A stretch of 40,895 nt of DNA from an uncultured Clostridia bacterium (GTDB lineage Bacteria; Bacillota; Limnochordia; DTU080): NCBI GenBank assembly GCA_964390985.1, contig CAYMKM010000002.1:1-40895 (forward strand). The letters are read 5' to 3'. A program made the translations under genes and the position numbers. Positions 27,695 to 37,323 of this stretch are shown here, in pieces; the first letter of the stretch is position 1, and each line of letters begins with the position of its first letter. The notes under the pieces were generated by a model. It saw only the letters and a list, made by a program, of their open reading frames with translations, was not told the DNA's origin and made no database searches.

Positions 27695-27772
27695 AGCTTG
27701 CCCTCCTGCAAATCCGCAGCCGGCAACCAACTACATAAATGTTGGAGACCATAGTAAGCTTTTCGCTTCTCT

Positions 27773-28078
27773 TTACGAGAGTACTTGCGAAACTCCGCCG
27801 CGGCTCATTTTTACCTCGACATTATCGGCCAACCGCACTGTGAGAACATCTTCGCGCATAGCCACAATTTCACCGTGCAAACCGCCGGCGGTAATGATTT
27901 TATCGCCCCGTTTGAGGTTGTTAAGCATATCGTTGCGCTTTTTTTGCTGATTTTGCTGCGGCCTAATAAGCAAAAAATAAAAAAAGGCCAACACAATCGC
28001 GAAAGTTAAAAGTTGAGCAGTTAGCAAACTCGCCGGTGAAGTGGTTGCAGTTGTCTCTGCAGCTGTTAAGAGCATCAC
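27773..28078 (-). CDS. yajC: Preprotein translocase subunit YajC
   Basis: 101 aa. One TM is followed by 'LLIRPQQNQQKKRNDMLNNLKRGDKIITAGGLHGEIV'. Confidence 0.9.
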   Translation of the reverse strand: MMLLTAAETTATTSPASLLTAQLLTFAIVLAFFYFLLIRPQQNQQKKRNDMLNNLKRGDKIITAGGLHGEIVAMREDVLTVRLADNVEVKMSRGGVSQVLS

Positions 28079-28116
28079 AGATATGGAACCTCCCTACGTT
28101 TATTAACTTTATATCG

Positions 28117-29301
<1,185 letters not shown>

Positions 29302-29360
29302 TTAGCTAATTCATTTCTAGTTTACCATCTGTTATCCCTACCTTGTTATCTTCGTATACC

Positions 29361-29390
29361 TTGTGGTTACTTGTACAGAAAAGTTATAAT
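29361..29390 (+). promoter_or_regulatory. Candidate promoter of the ABC-2 exporter operon
   Basis: A perfect TATAAT at 29385-29390 lies 24 nt upstream of the ATPase ATG. The -35 is a weak TTGTGG at an 18-nt spacing. Confidence 0.4.
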
Positions 29391-29413
29391 AGTTATTGAT
29401 AGGAGGGAAAAAT

Positions 29414-30310
29414 ATGCTAGCCATTGAGTTGGAGAACCTTCGTAAAGAGTACCGTAACAAGCGCGGTATCCACGGCCTAACGTTTCAAGTGAAACAAGGC
29501 GAAATCTTCGGTTTCCTGGGCCCCAACGGTGCTGGTAAAAGTACAACCATTCGTACACTCCTAGGGTTATTAACTCCCGACGCTGGTAAAGCATGCATTA
29601 TGGGCCACGATATTGTTACCGACAATATGGCTGTATGCAAGATCACTGGTTACTTACCTGGAGAAAATGCGTTATACAATTACCTAAGTGGAGAAGACAA
29701 CCTACGCTTCTCTTTGTATGTGCGCGGACGGCCAGATTGCTTAGCCCGCGGCAGGCAAATTGCTGATAGTCTTGGCGTTGACCTACGAGCAAAACTACGT
29801 CATTTATCGCACGGCCAGCGGCAAAAGGTAGCCATAGTTGTAGCCTTGGCTCATGATCCGGACGTATTAATCCTAGATGAACCAACTAGCGGGTTAGACC
29901 CCTTAGTACAGGAGACTTTTTTCGATCTAATACGAGCCGAACAAGCGGCAGGTAAAACAGTTTTTATGAGTTCTCACATTCTTTCAGAAGTGGAAGCCCT
30001 CTGTGGTCGGGTAGCTATTATCCGCCAGGGTAACTTGGTTGAAGTGAACGAGGTTGAAGCCTTGCGGCGTAACAAAGTGAAAAGAGTCACTCTCATTTAC
30101 AACCAAACGCCACCCGATGTAACTGCTTGGCCTGGCGTCAGTGAATTATCGGTAGAAACAGGACATGTTCGCTTTGCTTATCAAGGCGATGTAAAAATAT
30201 TATTGCAGCACTTGGCCGAGCAGGATATAGCTGACGTGGCAATTACCGATCCATCGTTAGAAGAAGTGTTTCGCACCTTCTATCGCGAACAAGAGCAGGT
30301 GGTGAACTAA
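29414..30310 (+). CDS. ABC transporter ATP-binding protein (ABC-2/DrrA-type)
   Basis: Walker A is 'GPNGAGKSTT', the signature is 'LSHGQRQKV' and Walker B is 'LILDEPTSGLD'. There is a C-terminal accessory domain. ATG 29414 follows TAGGAGGGA. Confidence 0.92.
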   Translation: MLAIELENLRKEYRNKRGIHGLTFQVKQGEIFGFLGPNGAGKSTTIRTLLGLLTPDAGKACIMGHDIVTDNMAVCKITGYLPGENALYNYLSGEDNLRFSLYVRGRPDCLARGRQIADSLGVDLRAKLRHLSHGQRQKVAIVVALAHDPDVLILDEPTSGLDPLVQETFFDLIRAEQAAGKTVFMSSHILSEVEALCGRVAIIRQGNLVEVNEVEALRRNKVKRVTLIYNQTPPDVTAWPGVSELSVETGHVRFAYQGDVKILLQHLAEQDIADVAITDPSLEEVFRTFYREQEQVVN

Positions 30311-30311
30311 A

Positions 30312-31115
30312 ATGCGCAGCACATTTGCCCTCGTTAAGCAGCATCTTGTTGAACAGCGTTTGTCAACTGTGATTTGGATGGTTGTCCTTAGCCTCCTAAG
30401 TTACATGGTTGTGACTATGGCACCTGCAATTACATCCGATAACTTCTTGTTCGAATTGATAAAAAATACACCGGAGCATTTGTCCAGGTTATACGGCAAC
30501 TTATTCGCTTATAAATACCCGGTCGATGCCTTTCTCCAATTTAAATGGATGTTGTTTATACCTATTTTAACCACCATTTTTGGCATTTTAGCGGCCATGG
30601 GAGCTGTAGCCCGCGATATTGACAATCATACTGCTGATTTCGCCCTCACCTTACCAATTACACGTTATCATCTGCTCTTAGCACGATTTCTCGCCATAGC
30701 CATTAGCATGGCTATGCTATATTTTGTCTCCTACATTATGCTTTGGCTGGGTTTACGCATTCTTGATACCCCTGCATCGCTGATGAATTATGCCTACTTT
30801 TACACGGGAATGTTCTTTATTACCCTAACACTAGCCGCTTTCACCCTATGGTTGAGCGTTTTTGTTGATGAATATGCGAAAGCTGTCCGCTTGGGGCTAG
30901 TGATTGGTGTTTCTTTTTGGGCTTTTTCATTGATCAACCGCATTGCCGGGGGCCCACTTTACCTCAGCAGACTATCTCTTTTTGGGTGGGTCGAAACTGA
31001 ACCGGTAATTGGTCGTGGCATATTTCCCTGGGGTGCTGTGTTTGTTGGTCTAGCATTAACCGCTGGCTTTTTATTGTTAGCTGTTATCAGTTTCAAACGG
31101 AAGCAAATTTCATAA
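30312..31115 (+). CDS. ABC-2 type transporter permease (6 TM)
   Basis: 267 aa and hydrophobic. It starts 1 nt after the ATPase stop and follows a GGTGGTGA SD. Confidence 0.8.
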   Translation: MRSTFALVKQHLVEQRLSTVIWMVVLSLLSYMVVTMAPAITSDNFLFELIKNTPEHLSRLYGNLFAYKYPVDAFLQFKWMLFIPILTTIFGILAAMGAVARDIDNHTADFALTLPITRYHLLLARFLAIAISMAMLYFVSYIMLWLGLRILDTPASLMNYAYFYTGMFFITLTLAAFTLWLSVFVDEYAKAVRLGLVIGVSFWAFSLINRIAGGPLYLSRLSLFGWVETEPVIGRGIFPWGAVFVGLALTAGFLLLAVISFKRKQIS

Positions 31116-31135
31116 AAACTACTAGGTGGTGAACG

Positions 31136-31936
31136 ATGATGTTACTGTTTACCTACCGCTGGCGCGCAGAAGGTAAAAGCCTGATCAACTGGCTAATAAC
31201 TGTAAGCCTAGTGACTTGTGGTGCTTTCATGCTGTTTGTATCATTTATAAACGTAGATGAGATCGCACAATTATTTGGCGAATGGTTGGCTAAAGCCCCT
31301 CCTGCATTGCGTAATTTAATGGGTGGTCAGTTGGTTGTTGCTGAACCGGCTGCTTTTGTAAGCCAAATAATCCTGCAAACCATATTGCCTGGGTTAATTT
31401 TGGTGTATGTATGTTTATCAGTAGCTGCAATTTACACCCGCGATGCCAACGAGGGTAATTTGGAATTTCTCTTATCTTTACCGATAAAACGCTATCGCGT
31501 TTTGGCTGGCCGTTTGTTAGTATTCCTTGTCAGCTTAGCCTTATTGCATGTGGCCATTTTCGCCAGCGCCAATTTGGGTTTATTTATTTGTGGTAAGTCA
31601 GCGAATGCCGCCCGCATTGCCCTTATTCTACTAAACCAATATTTGCTCTTTGTTTGCATAGGCGGGTTGGCGTTTTTGATAAGCTTGGCTTCAAAAGACT
31701 ATAGCAAAATATTGCTAATCACTTTGGCCTGCTTTTTTGGCCTATATAGCATGAATGTATTTATGGATACCAACCAGGACTTCGCTTCTGTTATAAACCC
31801 TTTCTACTATTACAATGCCACTGAAATTTACTCCACGGGGTTAGTACCCTGGCGGAACTTTTTGGTGTTAACTGCATCGTCGCTGTTCTTTTGGGTAAGT
31901 GGTATATGGATATTTTCCCGCAAGCAGATAACGTGA
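31136..31936 (+). CDS. ABC-2 type transporter permease, second paralogous subunit
   Basis: 266 aa with the same topology and a shared central motif ('FALTLPITRYHLLLARFLA' in the first permease, 'FLLSLPIKRYRVLAGRLLV' here). AGGTGGTGA SD. Confidence 0.8.
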   Translation: MMLLFTYRWRAEGKSLINWLITVSLVTCGAFMLFVSFINVDEIAQLFGEWLAKAPPALRNLMGGQLVVAEPAAFVSQIILQTILPGLILVYVCLSVAAIYTRDANEGNLEFLLSLPIKRYRVLAGRLLVFLVSLALLHVAIFASANLGLFICGKSANAARIALILLNQYLLFVCIGGLAFLISLASKDYSKILLITLACFFGLYSMNVFMDTNQDFASVINPFYYYNATEIYSTGLVPWRNFLVLTASSLFFWVSGIWIFSRKQIT

Positions 31937-31940
31937 CTAA

Positions 31941-32699
31941 TTACGAATACATTGCCCGCAAAATAAGGCCTATAAATACAGCCACACTGATACTCATTAG
32001 TGTGCCTAGCAAATAATACTCGGCGTGCACTCGGTTTTCCAGCTCACGAAAGCGGAATATTGATTTAGCGGTAAGCACAAAACCTACTGAAGGAAACAAC
32101 TCCGAGCCAGAGGCTATGGCCAGCACTAGGAGGAACCGTTCGCAAACGCCTATCCACAACCCGGCATTCAGCATTTTTGAATCGCTAGGTAACTTGAGTT
32201 GTTGGGCAAACGGCTCAAGCAAATAAGCTATTACCACTGCTGCCACACTGGTGGCAAACGCAGCCAGCAAAACCGTGCGCAACGCCAACTCGGCTTGCCA
32301 ACCATATGTACCCACTGAAGTACTAGCTATCGCCACAACCTGTTGCTGGCGAAGTAAAGTACCTACGCCTAGTAATACGGCTACATGCAACACTTGATCA
32401 ATTACTAAACCAGTTAGCTGTGTAATATAAGGTCGTAGGTATTCGCCTAAATTAGCTCCAGCGACGTCCTGAGCAGCATGAACTATCCCAATGCCCACTA
32501 TCACACCAGCAAGTACCTTTGCTGACGAAAAACTTATGGTGCCCCAATACTGCAAACCGCATAACACAATAGCAGTCATCGCACTTACAGCTACTATGTG
32601 TCCTAGTAAATCAGCCCCCGTACGCTTCTCCTTAAAGCCCGATTGCATCACAAAATCGGCTAGTATATGTGCCGTTATCAAACCAAGGAATATGGTCAA
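31941..32699 (-). CDS. DUF3307-family polytopic membrane protein
   Basis: 252 aa with about 7-8 TM. The N-terminal 'GLITAHILADFVMQS' is the DUF3307 signature as I remember it. The TTG start forms a TTGA overlap with the SatD-like stop and follows a GGGAGTGA SD. Confidence 0.75.
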   Translation of the reverse strand: MTIFLGLITAHILADFVMQSGFKEKRTGADLLGHIVAVSAMTAIVLCGLQYWGTISFSSAKVLAGVIVGIGIVHAAQDVAGANLGEYLRPYITQLTGLVIDQVLHVAVLLGVGTLLRQQQVVAIASTSVGTYGWQAELALRTVLLAAFATSVAAVVIAYLLEPFAQQLKLPSDSKMLNAGLWIGVCERFLLVLAIASGSELFPSVGFVLTAKSIFRFRELENRVHAEYYLLGTLMSISVAVFIGLILRAMYS

Positions 32700-33385
32700 T
32701 TATCATCACTCCCTGGTAACATTAACGCCGGGAATTCGCGACCCAACGCTAGCAAAGATTGCAAGCCTTTATGGGCTTGCCTATAGGCATTGATGCGTGC
32801 TCGCTGCAAGGTCTCCCATGTTGCCTGGCGAGAGACAAGCTTCTCATTATTTGTCTTTTGATGTTGATGCCAGGGGATCTCTGCTACAAAGTGCCGATAT
32901 TGTGCTGGAGTCATGTGTTTAATGAGATCGTTAAATATACATATATACGCATTAAGTGATTTGCTGTATTGACTCTCCCCCGCTGTGCCAAATCGCAGCC
33001 GATATGTTATATCAGAAAACGTTTTTAATTCGTCCATGGCTAGGCGTGCGGCCTTAAATGCTGTGCCATCCAGTACATTAATATCAACCGGGCCGCGTTG
33101 CGGTATGGGAGTATCTATGGTGCCCAAACCAATGGCACAATGAAATGGCGTATCTTTCATAAAGGCGTATGTATGGCAAAAAAGTTCCCATAGCCCATCC
33201 GGATGGTAATAAACACCCTTCAGCTCGTCGCCCCACACAATTTGAAAGGGCACAGCCAAAGCGGTAGCAAATTGCGCATTCAAATTATCGCGCAAAGCAA
33301 ACAGCTTTCTCTGCAAAGCTGCTCGTTTATTTTGCATCACAGAAGATCCTTGTAGGTCAATAAAAACTACAGCAAATGTATTCAA
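32696..33385 (-). CDS. SatD-family protein (nucleotidyl-cyclase-like N-domain plus HTH-like C-tail)
   Basis: 229 aa. 'VVFIDLQGSS', 'IVWGDELKG', 'CAIGLGTI' and 'LDGTAFKAARLA' occur in that order. The C-terminus reads 'TPAQYRHF...KLVSRQATWETLQRA'. TTG start follows GGGGGGAGG. Confidence 0.7.
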   Translation of the reverse strand: MNTFAVVFIDLQGSSVMQNKRAALQRKLFALRDNLNAQFATALAVPFQIVWGDELKGVYYHPDGLWELFCHTYAFMKDTPFHCAIGLGTIDTPIPQRGPVDINVLDGTAFKAARLAMDELKTFSDITYRLRFGTAGESQYSKSLNAYICIFNDLIKHMTPAQYRHFVAEIPWHQHQKTNNEKLVSRQATWETLQRARINAYRQAHKGLQSLLALGREFPALMLPGSDDN

Positions 33386-33403
33386 AGCCTCCCCCCTTTA
33401 TCA

Positions 33404-33433
33404 AGGATAGGCCTTGACTATAGTACTCGTCAA
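33404..33433 (-). promoter_or_regulatory. Candidate promoter with overlapping palindrome upstream of the SatD-like gene
   Basis: The minus strand reads TTGACG, an 18-nt spacer, then TATCCT. The perfect inverted repeat TAGTACT-N5-AGTACTA (33421-33439) covers the -35 and spacer. Confidence 0.35.
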
Positions 33434-33471
33434 GTACTATGATTGATAACTCACTACGTCAAGCACTAACC

Positions 33472-35373
33472 CTAATCACTGTAGACAAAGCGCAATGTGC
33501 AATTTACGGCCAAATCAAAAATCACTTCGGCAAAGTCGCGACCTTCTCGTTGCACAATACGGTATGCTATTGGTTTTTCATCGAGCAATACACTTCTTAC
33601 CGCCCTGGAACCCTGTTGGGCCGGCGCCAAAAGCGTGTAACCAGTGAGTGGTAGGCTGGTTTTAATGTTAGTTATCGATAACTCTACCTGCAGCACATTA
33701 CCATTCCAGTGCTGAGTTATGCCAACCTGTGAGCGACCTTTATACCAATTGGCCACTTCCAGCGGCGTAGCCCACCAGGCGTTTTTACCACTGTAACCAT
33801 CGAACCCCTTGATATACGCCACGTAGCCTTGCTCCTGTACAAAAGGTTTGGCATTGATATCAGGTGAGTTTGGGTGAACATTGAACGATGCGTGGCCGTT
33901 CATTCTTTCCACAGCATCCACGTAATCGCGCACACGCGCTTTAGCTAGGTCAATGTTCAATTGTCCCAAATAATAAGCCCCATTGTTGTTGGTTTGCACA
34001 CCCTCTTCATTGCGACTGGGCAACTCTAACACTGGTAGAATACGACCGCCCACTTTAATGAAAAAAGGATGAGATGTACCAGTGAAAAACACCTGCTTCC
34101 AATCCATATCGTACCAACTGCTATCGTATGTTAATCCTAGCTGCTCCCACCATAACGGTGCATCTTTATAATAACGAACGTAATGGTGAGCTACGCCTTC
34201 CATTATGCTAATGGGAACGCCAGCCGTTTTGGCGATGGTCTGCATATCCTTACGCATCTTAGCCAAGAATTGGCTCTCCAAAGGTTCTTTATCGGCGTGC
34301 AACCCAACTTCCCATCCGCTTTTATACCAGTTGGCAACCTCTTGGGCAGATTTCATAGATGGTATCAGCACATAGAGAACCGATTTCACACCCCAGCCGG
34401 CTTCTGCTTCCCGTATTTGCCTGGCATAGTAACCATCGCCGCTATCCCAATCATGCTGAATGGTAGCAGCCATATCATAAGCATTAGGCCAATACCACTG
34501 CCAAGCCAGCGGTGTGTCAATTTGATCATAAGCCCAAAGTAATGTCTGCAGCACCAACTTGGTGTATTCATCGCCCCATATTAAATTGGTCTTATCATCA
34601 TTTATATAGGTTTCCTTTATAGCTAGGGCTGTTTGCCAATTAAACGACTTATCGGTCTCGCCAGGTTTGGTAGGAAATATATAGTGCGGTTCCGCTGGTT
34701 CTGTAGCCATCCCCATACCGTAACCTACTGTGGCAAAAGGGTTCACGCCAAAGGTGATAAACCAACCCTTGCCATATTGAGCGATAATCAGTGCATCGCC
34801 ACTGGTTTTTTTAAAGGTGACTTTACCATACCCATTTGCTCCATTAGTTGCCTTAATAATGCCAAACGGCTGACAACCAGGGGGTAATAAAACAGGCAGA
34901 CCGCTACTGTGAACAGAGGTCAAAATGGGATGAGCGGCGTTATGCGTGAAGTTGCCGAACAAGGCTGGTTTCCCGGCAGAGGTTTTAGCTAACACTGTTA
35001 CCCCGGCTGCTGGTAAATCCATATCCAGGCCGCCGGATATGTAAACTCCCCCCTGCTCCACATAGCTAAGGACTGACAGCGCATACTCCTTTGCCAAACT
35101 GGTAGCCGGGTTTACTACTACCTTAAAGCGAGCTAGTTCTTCTTCTGAGGCCAAAGCTTCGGGCGGTATGTCGGTTTTAGCCAACCCGAGGTGCGCAAAT
35201 AGCTGTAATGCACCGTAACTAGCATAATCTTTAGCGCTATTGAGGGTAGTTTGATCCTGCATGGCCACAACCAGACCTATGTTCGCAGTGCCAGAAGTGG
35301 CAGCCCAAACAGTGACTGATTGTGTAAACAGCAAAAATAGTACAGTCCATCGCATAAACCTTTTAGCTTGCAC
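33472..35373 (-). CDS. Secreted multi-domain protein, possible polysaccharide-deacetylase-fold (CE4-like) enzyme
   Basis: The signal peptide is 'MQAKRFMRWTVLFLLFTQSVTVWA/ATS'. The central region 'ATIQHDWDSGDG', 'GVKSVLYVLIP' and 'GWEVGLHADKE' is reminiscent of NodB-type D-x-D and His motifs. GTG start lies 6 nt downstream of GGGAGGGG and 15 nt after the queA stop. Confidence 0.55.
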   Translation of the reverse strand: MQAKRFMRWTVLFLLFTQSVTVWAATSGTANIGLVVAMQDQTTLNSAKDYASYGALQLFAHLGLAKTDIPPEALASEEELARFKVVVNPATSLAKEYALSVLSYVEQGGVYISGGLDMDLPAAGVTVLAKTSAGKPALFGNFTHNAAHPILTSVHSSGLPVLLPPGCQPFGIIKATNGANGYGKVTFKKTSGDALIIAQYGKGWFITFGVNPFATVGYGMGMATEPAEPHYIFPTKPGETDKSFNWQTALAIKETYINDDKTNLIWGDEYTKLVLQTLLWAYDQIDTPLAWQWYWPNAYDMAATIQHDWDSGDGYYARQIREAEAGWGVKSVLYVLIPSMKSAQEVANWYKSGWEVGLHADKEPLESQFLAKMRKDMQTIAKTAGVPISIMEGVAHHYVRYYKDAPLWWEQLGLTYDSSWYDMDWKQVFFTGTSHPFFIKVGGRILPVLELPSRNEEGVQTNNNGAYYLGQLNIDLAKARVRDYVDAVERMNGHASFNVHPNSPDINAKPFVQEQGYVAYIKGFDGYSGKNAWWATPLEVANWYKGRSQVGITQHWNGNVLQVELSITNIKTSLPLTGYTLLAPAQQGSRAVRSVLLDEKPIAYRIVQREGRDFAEVIFDLAVNCTLRFVYSD

Positions 35374-35388
35374 TGTAGGCCCCTCCCG

Positions 35389-36417
35389 TCAGATGAGTAA
35401 CATTGCATCTCCGAAACTGAAAAAGCGATACTGCAAGCGCACTGCTTCAGCATAGGCTGCCATAACACGCTCACGCGTTGCAAAAGCACTGACCAGCATA
35501 ATGAGTGTGGATTTGGGAAGATGAAAATTGGTGATTAACCCATCAATCGCCTTAAATTGATAACCTGGGTAGATAAAAATATCGGTCTCGCCTATACCAG
35601 GTTTAATGTGTCCATCATTATCAACTTGGGTCTCCAGTGTACGGGCAGTAGTGGTACCTACTGCAATAATTCGGCCACCCGCTTGCCGGGCAGCGTTAAT
35701 GCGCGTCGCTACATCGTCATTCACCACAAAGCTCTCATGATGCATCACATGCTCTTCTACTACATCCACTTGCACCGGGCGAAAAGTACCTAACCCTACA
35801 TGCAAAGTGATATACTCAATACTAACACCCGCTTGTAGCAAACTATGCAACAACTCGGGCGTAAAATGTAGCCCCGCAGTGGGAGCCGCAGCAGAACCGA
35901 CAACCTTGCTATATACAGTTTGATACCGCTCAGGATCAGCCAATTTTTCTTTTATATAAGGTGGTAAAGGCATCTGACCCAGTTTATTGAGTACTGCCTC
36001 AAATGACTCTCCCTGCCATGTAAAACCAACCAGTCGCCCTCCGGCCGCAGTAGTATCCTCTATGGTGGCTACCAGCTCGCCCTCTCCAAACACTACACGC
36101 ACACCCGGACGCAAGCGCCTCCCAGGACGGACCAGAGCTTCCCAGTGAGTAACGCTCTTCCTATGCAACAACAACAATTCAACCGCACCGCCACCGGGTA
36201 ACCGTCGTCCTAGTAAGCGCGCTGGAATCACTCGTGAGTCGTTGACCACCAGGCAATCTCCGGGTCGTATTAACGAAGGGAGGTCACTAAAATGATGATG
36301 TGTAATAGCACCCGTTTGCCGTTGCATTACCAGTAAGCGAGCCGCATGGCGCGGCTCCAACGGTACTTGCGCAATCAGCTCTGCGGGCAGATAATAGTCA
36401 AAATCGGTCACCTGCAC
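35389..36417 (-). CDS. queA: S-adenosylmethionine:tRNA ribosyltransferase-isomerase
   Basis: '[18 protein letters not shown]', '[11 protein letters not shown]', 'MPLPPYI' and '[10 protein letters not shown]' match QueA. Confidence 0.95.
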   Translation of the reverse strand: MQVTDFDYYLPAELIAQVPLEPRHAARLLVMQRQTGAITHHHFSDLPSLIRPGDCLVVNDSRVIPARLLGRRLPGGGAVELLLLHRKSVTHWEALVRPGRRLRPGVRVVFGEGELVATIEDTTAAGGRLVGFTWQGESFEAVLNKLGQMPLPPYIKEKLADPERYQTVYSKVVGSAAAPTAGLHFTPELLHSLLQAGVSIEYITLHVGLGTFRPVQVDVVEEHVMHHESFVVNDDVATRINAARQAGGRIIAVGTTTARTLETQVDNDGHIKPGIGETDIFIYPGYQFKAIDGLITNFHLPKSTLIMLVSAFATRERVMAAYAEAVRLQYRFFSFGDAMLLI

Positions 36418-36429
36418 CAGTAACTCATC

Positions 36430-37323
36430 CTATTCGCCATATCCCAGCTGACGCAGAAGGCTGGTACGTTGACGCCAGTCTTCTTGCACTTTTACATGCA
36501 GTTGCATAAACACCTGTGATCCTAGTAATGCTTCTATTTCAAGGCGGGCTGCACTACCAATTTGCTTTAGCATGCTACCCCCTTTACCAATTATAATGCC
36601 TTTTTGCGATTGTCGCTCCACCAATATGACTATGTTAATGTCAAGAATGTCCTTGTCTTCACGATACTCCATTTTCTCTACTTGTACCGCTACCGAATGC
36701 GGCACTTCCTGACTGGTATAGTGTAATATTTGCTCACGTACCAGCTCAGCAACTACAAATTGTTCAGGATGATCGCTCACCATATCATCCGGGTAGTATT
36801 TGGGTCCAGGTGGCAACAGGCTAATTATGTCCGCCAAAAGCTTGTCTACGTTGTCGCCTGTAGTAGCCGATATCGGGTATATGCTGTGATATTTGCCTAA
36901 TTCACTGGCAATGCTTAGTTGCTGGAGTACGGCCTCTTTCTCCATTAAGTCCACTTTGTTCATAGCCAATAGCACTGGCGTATCAACTCTTGCTAATCTT
37001 TCGGCAATGAATCGGTCTCCGCCACCTATACCAGCTGCTCCATCAACCATAAAAAGTATGCAATCCACTTGCGACCAAGTGGCTAAAGCTGCCTTCACCA
37101 TGTATTTGCCCAACATATGATGAGGTTTGTGAATACCAGGTGTATCAATAAACACCACTTGGCTACGCTCAGTGGTGAGTATACATTGAATTTGGTTCCG
37201 GGTGGTTTGTGGTTTGTCAGAAACAATAGCCACCTTTTGCCCCAAAACATGATTCATTAAAGTCGATTTGCCCACGTTAGGCCGCCCGACCACCGCTACA
37301 AAACCGGAGGTAAAATCGCTCAC
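36430..37323 (-). CDS. era: GTPase Era
   Basis: G1 is 'VVGRPNVGKSTL', G3 is 'DTPG' and G4 is 'NKVD'. The KH domain reads 'VERQSQKGIIIGKGGSMLK'. GTG start shares 1 nt with the cdd stop. Confidence 0.95.
   Translation of the reverse strand: MSDFTSGFVAVVGRPNVGKSTLMNHVLGQKVAIVSDKPQTTRNQIQCILTTERSQVVFIDTPGIHKPHHMLGKYMVKAALATWSQVDCILFMVDGAAGIGGGDRFIAERLARVDTPVLLAMNKVDLMEKEAVLQQLSIASELGKYHSIYPISATTGDNVDKLLADIISLLPPGPKYYPDDMVSDHPEQFVVAELVREQILHYTSQEVPHSVAVQVEKMEYREDKDILDINIVILVERQSQKGIIIGKGGSMLKQIGSAARLEIEALLGSQVFMQLHVKVQEDWRQRTSLLRQLGYGE

Noticed and set aside
29367-29594. A 75-aa minus-strand ORF overlaps the ABC operon promoter and the ATPase 5' end.
   Set aside because: It overlaps a well-supported ATPase CDS carrying the Walker A region. 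It has no SD and no recognisable motif.
31941-33385. Calling the SatD-like/DUF3307 pair a Pycsar/CBASS-type antiphage defence system outright.
   Set aside because: The only supports are an architectural analogy and motif-level resemblance. The pair carries an HTH-like tail not typical of those systems, and there are no neighbouring defence genes. It is kept as a hypothesis in the findings, not as a feature call.
33414-33446. A plus-strand promoter-like TTGACT-18-TATGAT that would fire antisense into the 633-aa gene, together with the plus-strand ORF 33439-33654.
   Set aside because: It is probably a by-product of the palindromic TTGAC/GTCAA repeats. The downstream ORF has no SD and lies antisense to a supported CDS.
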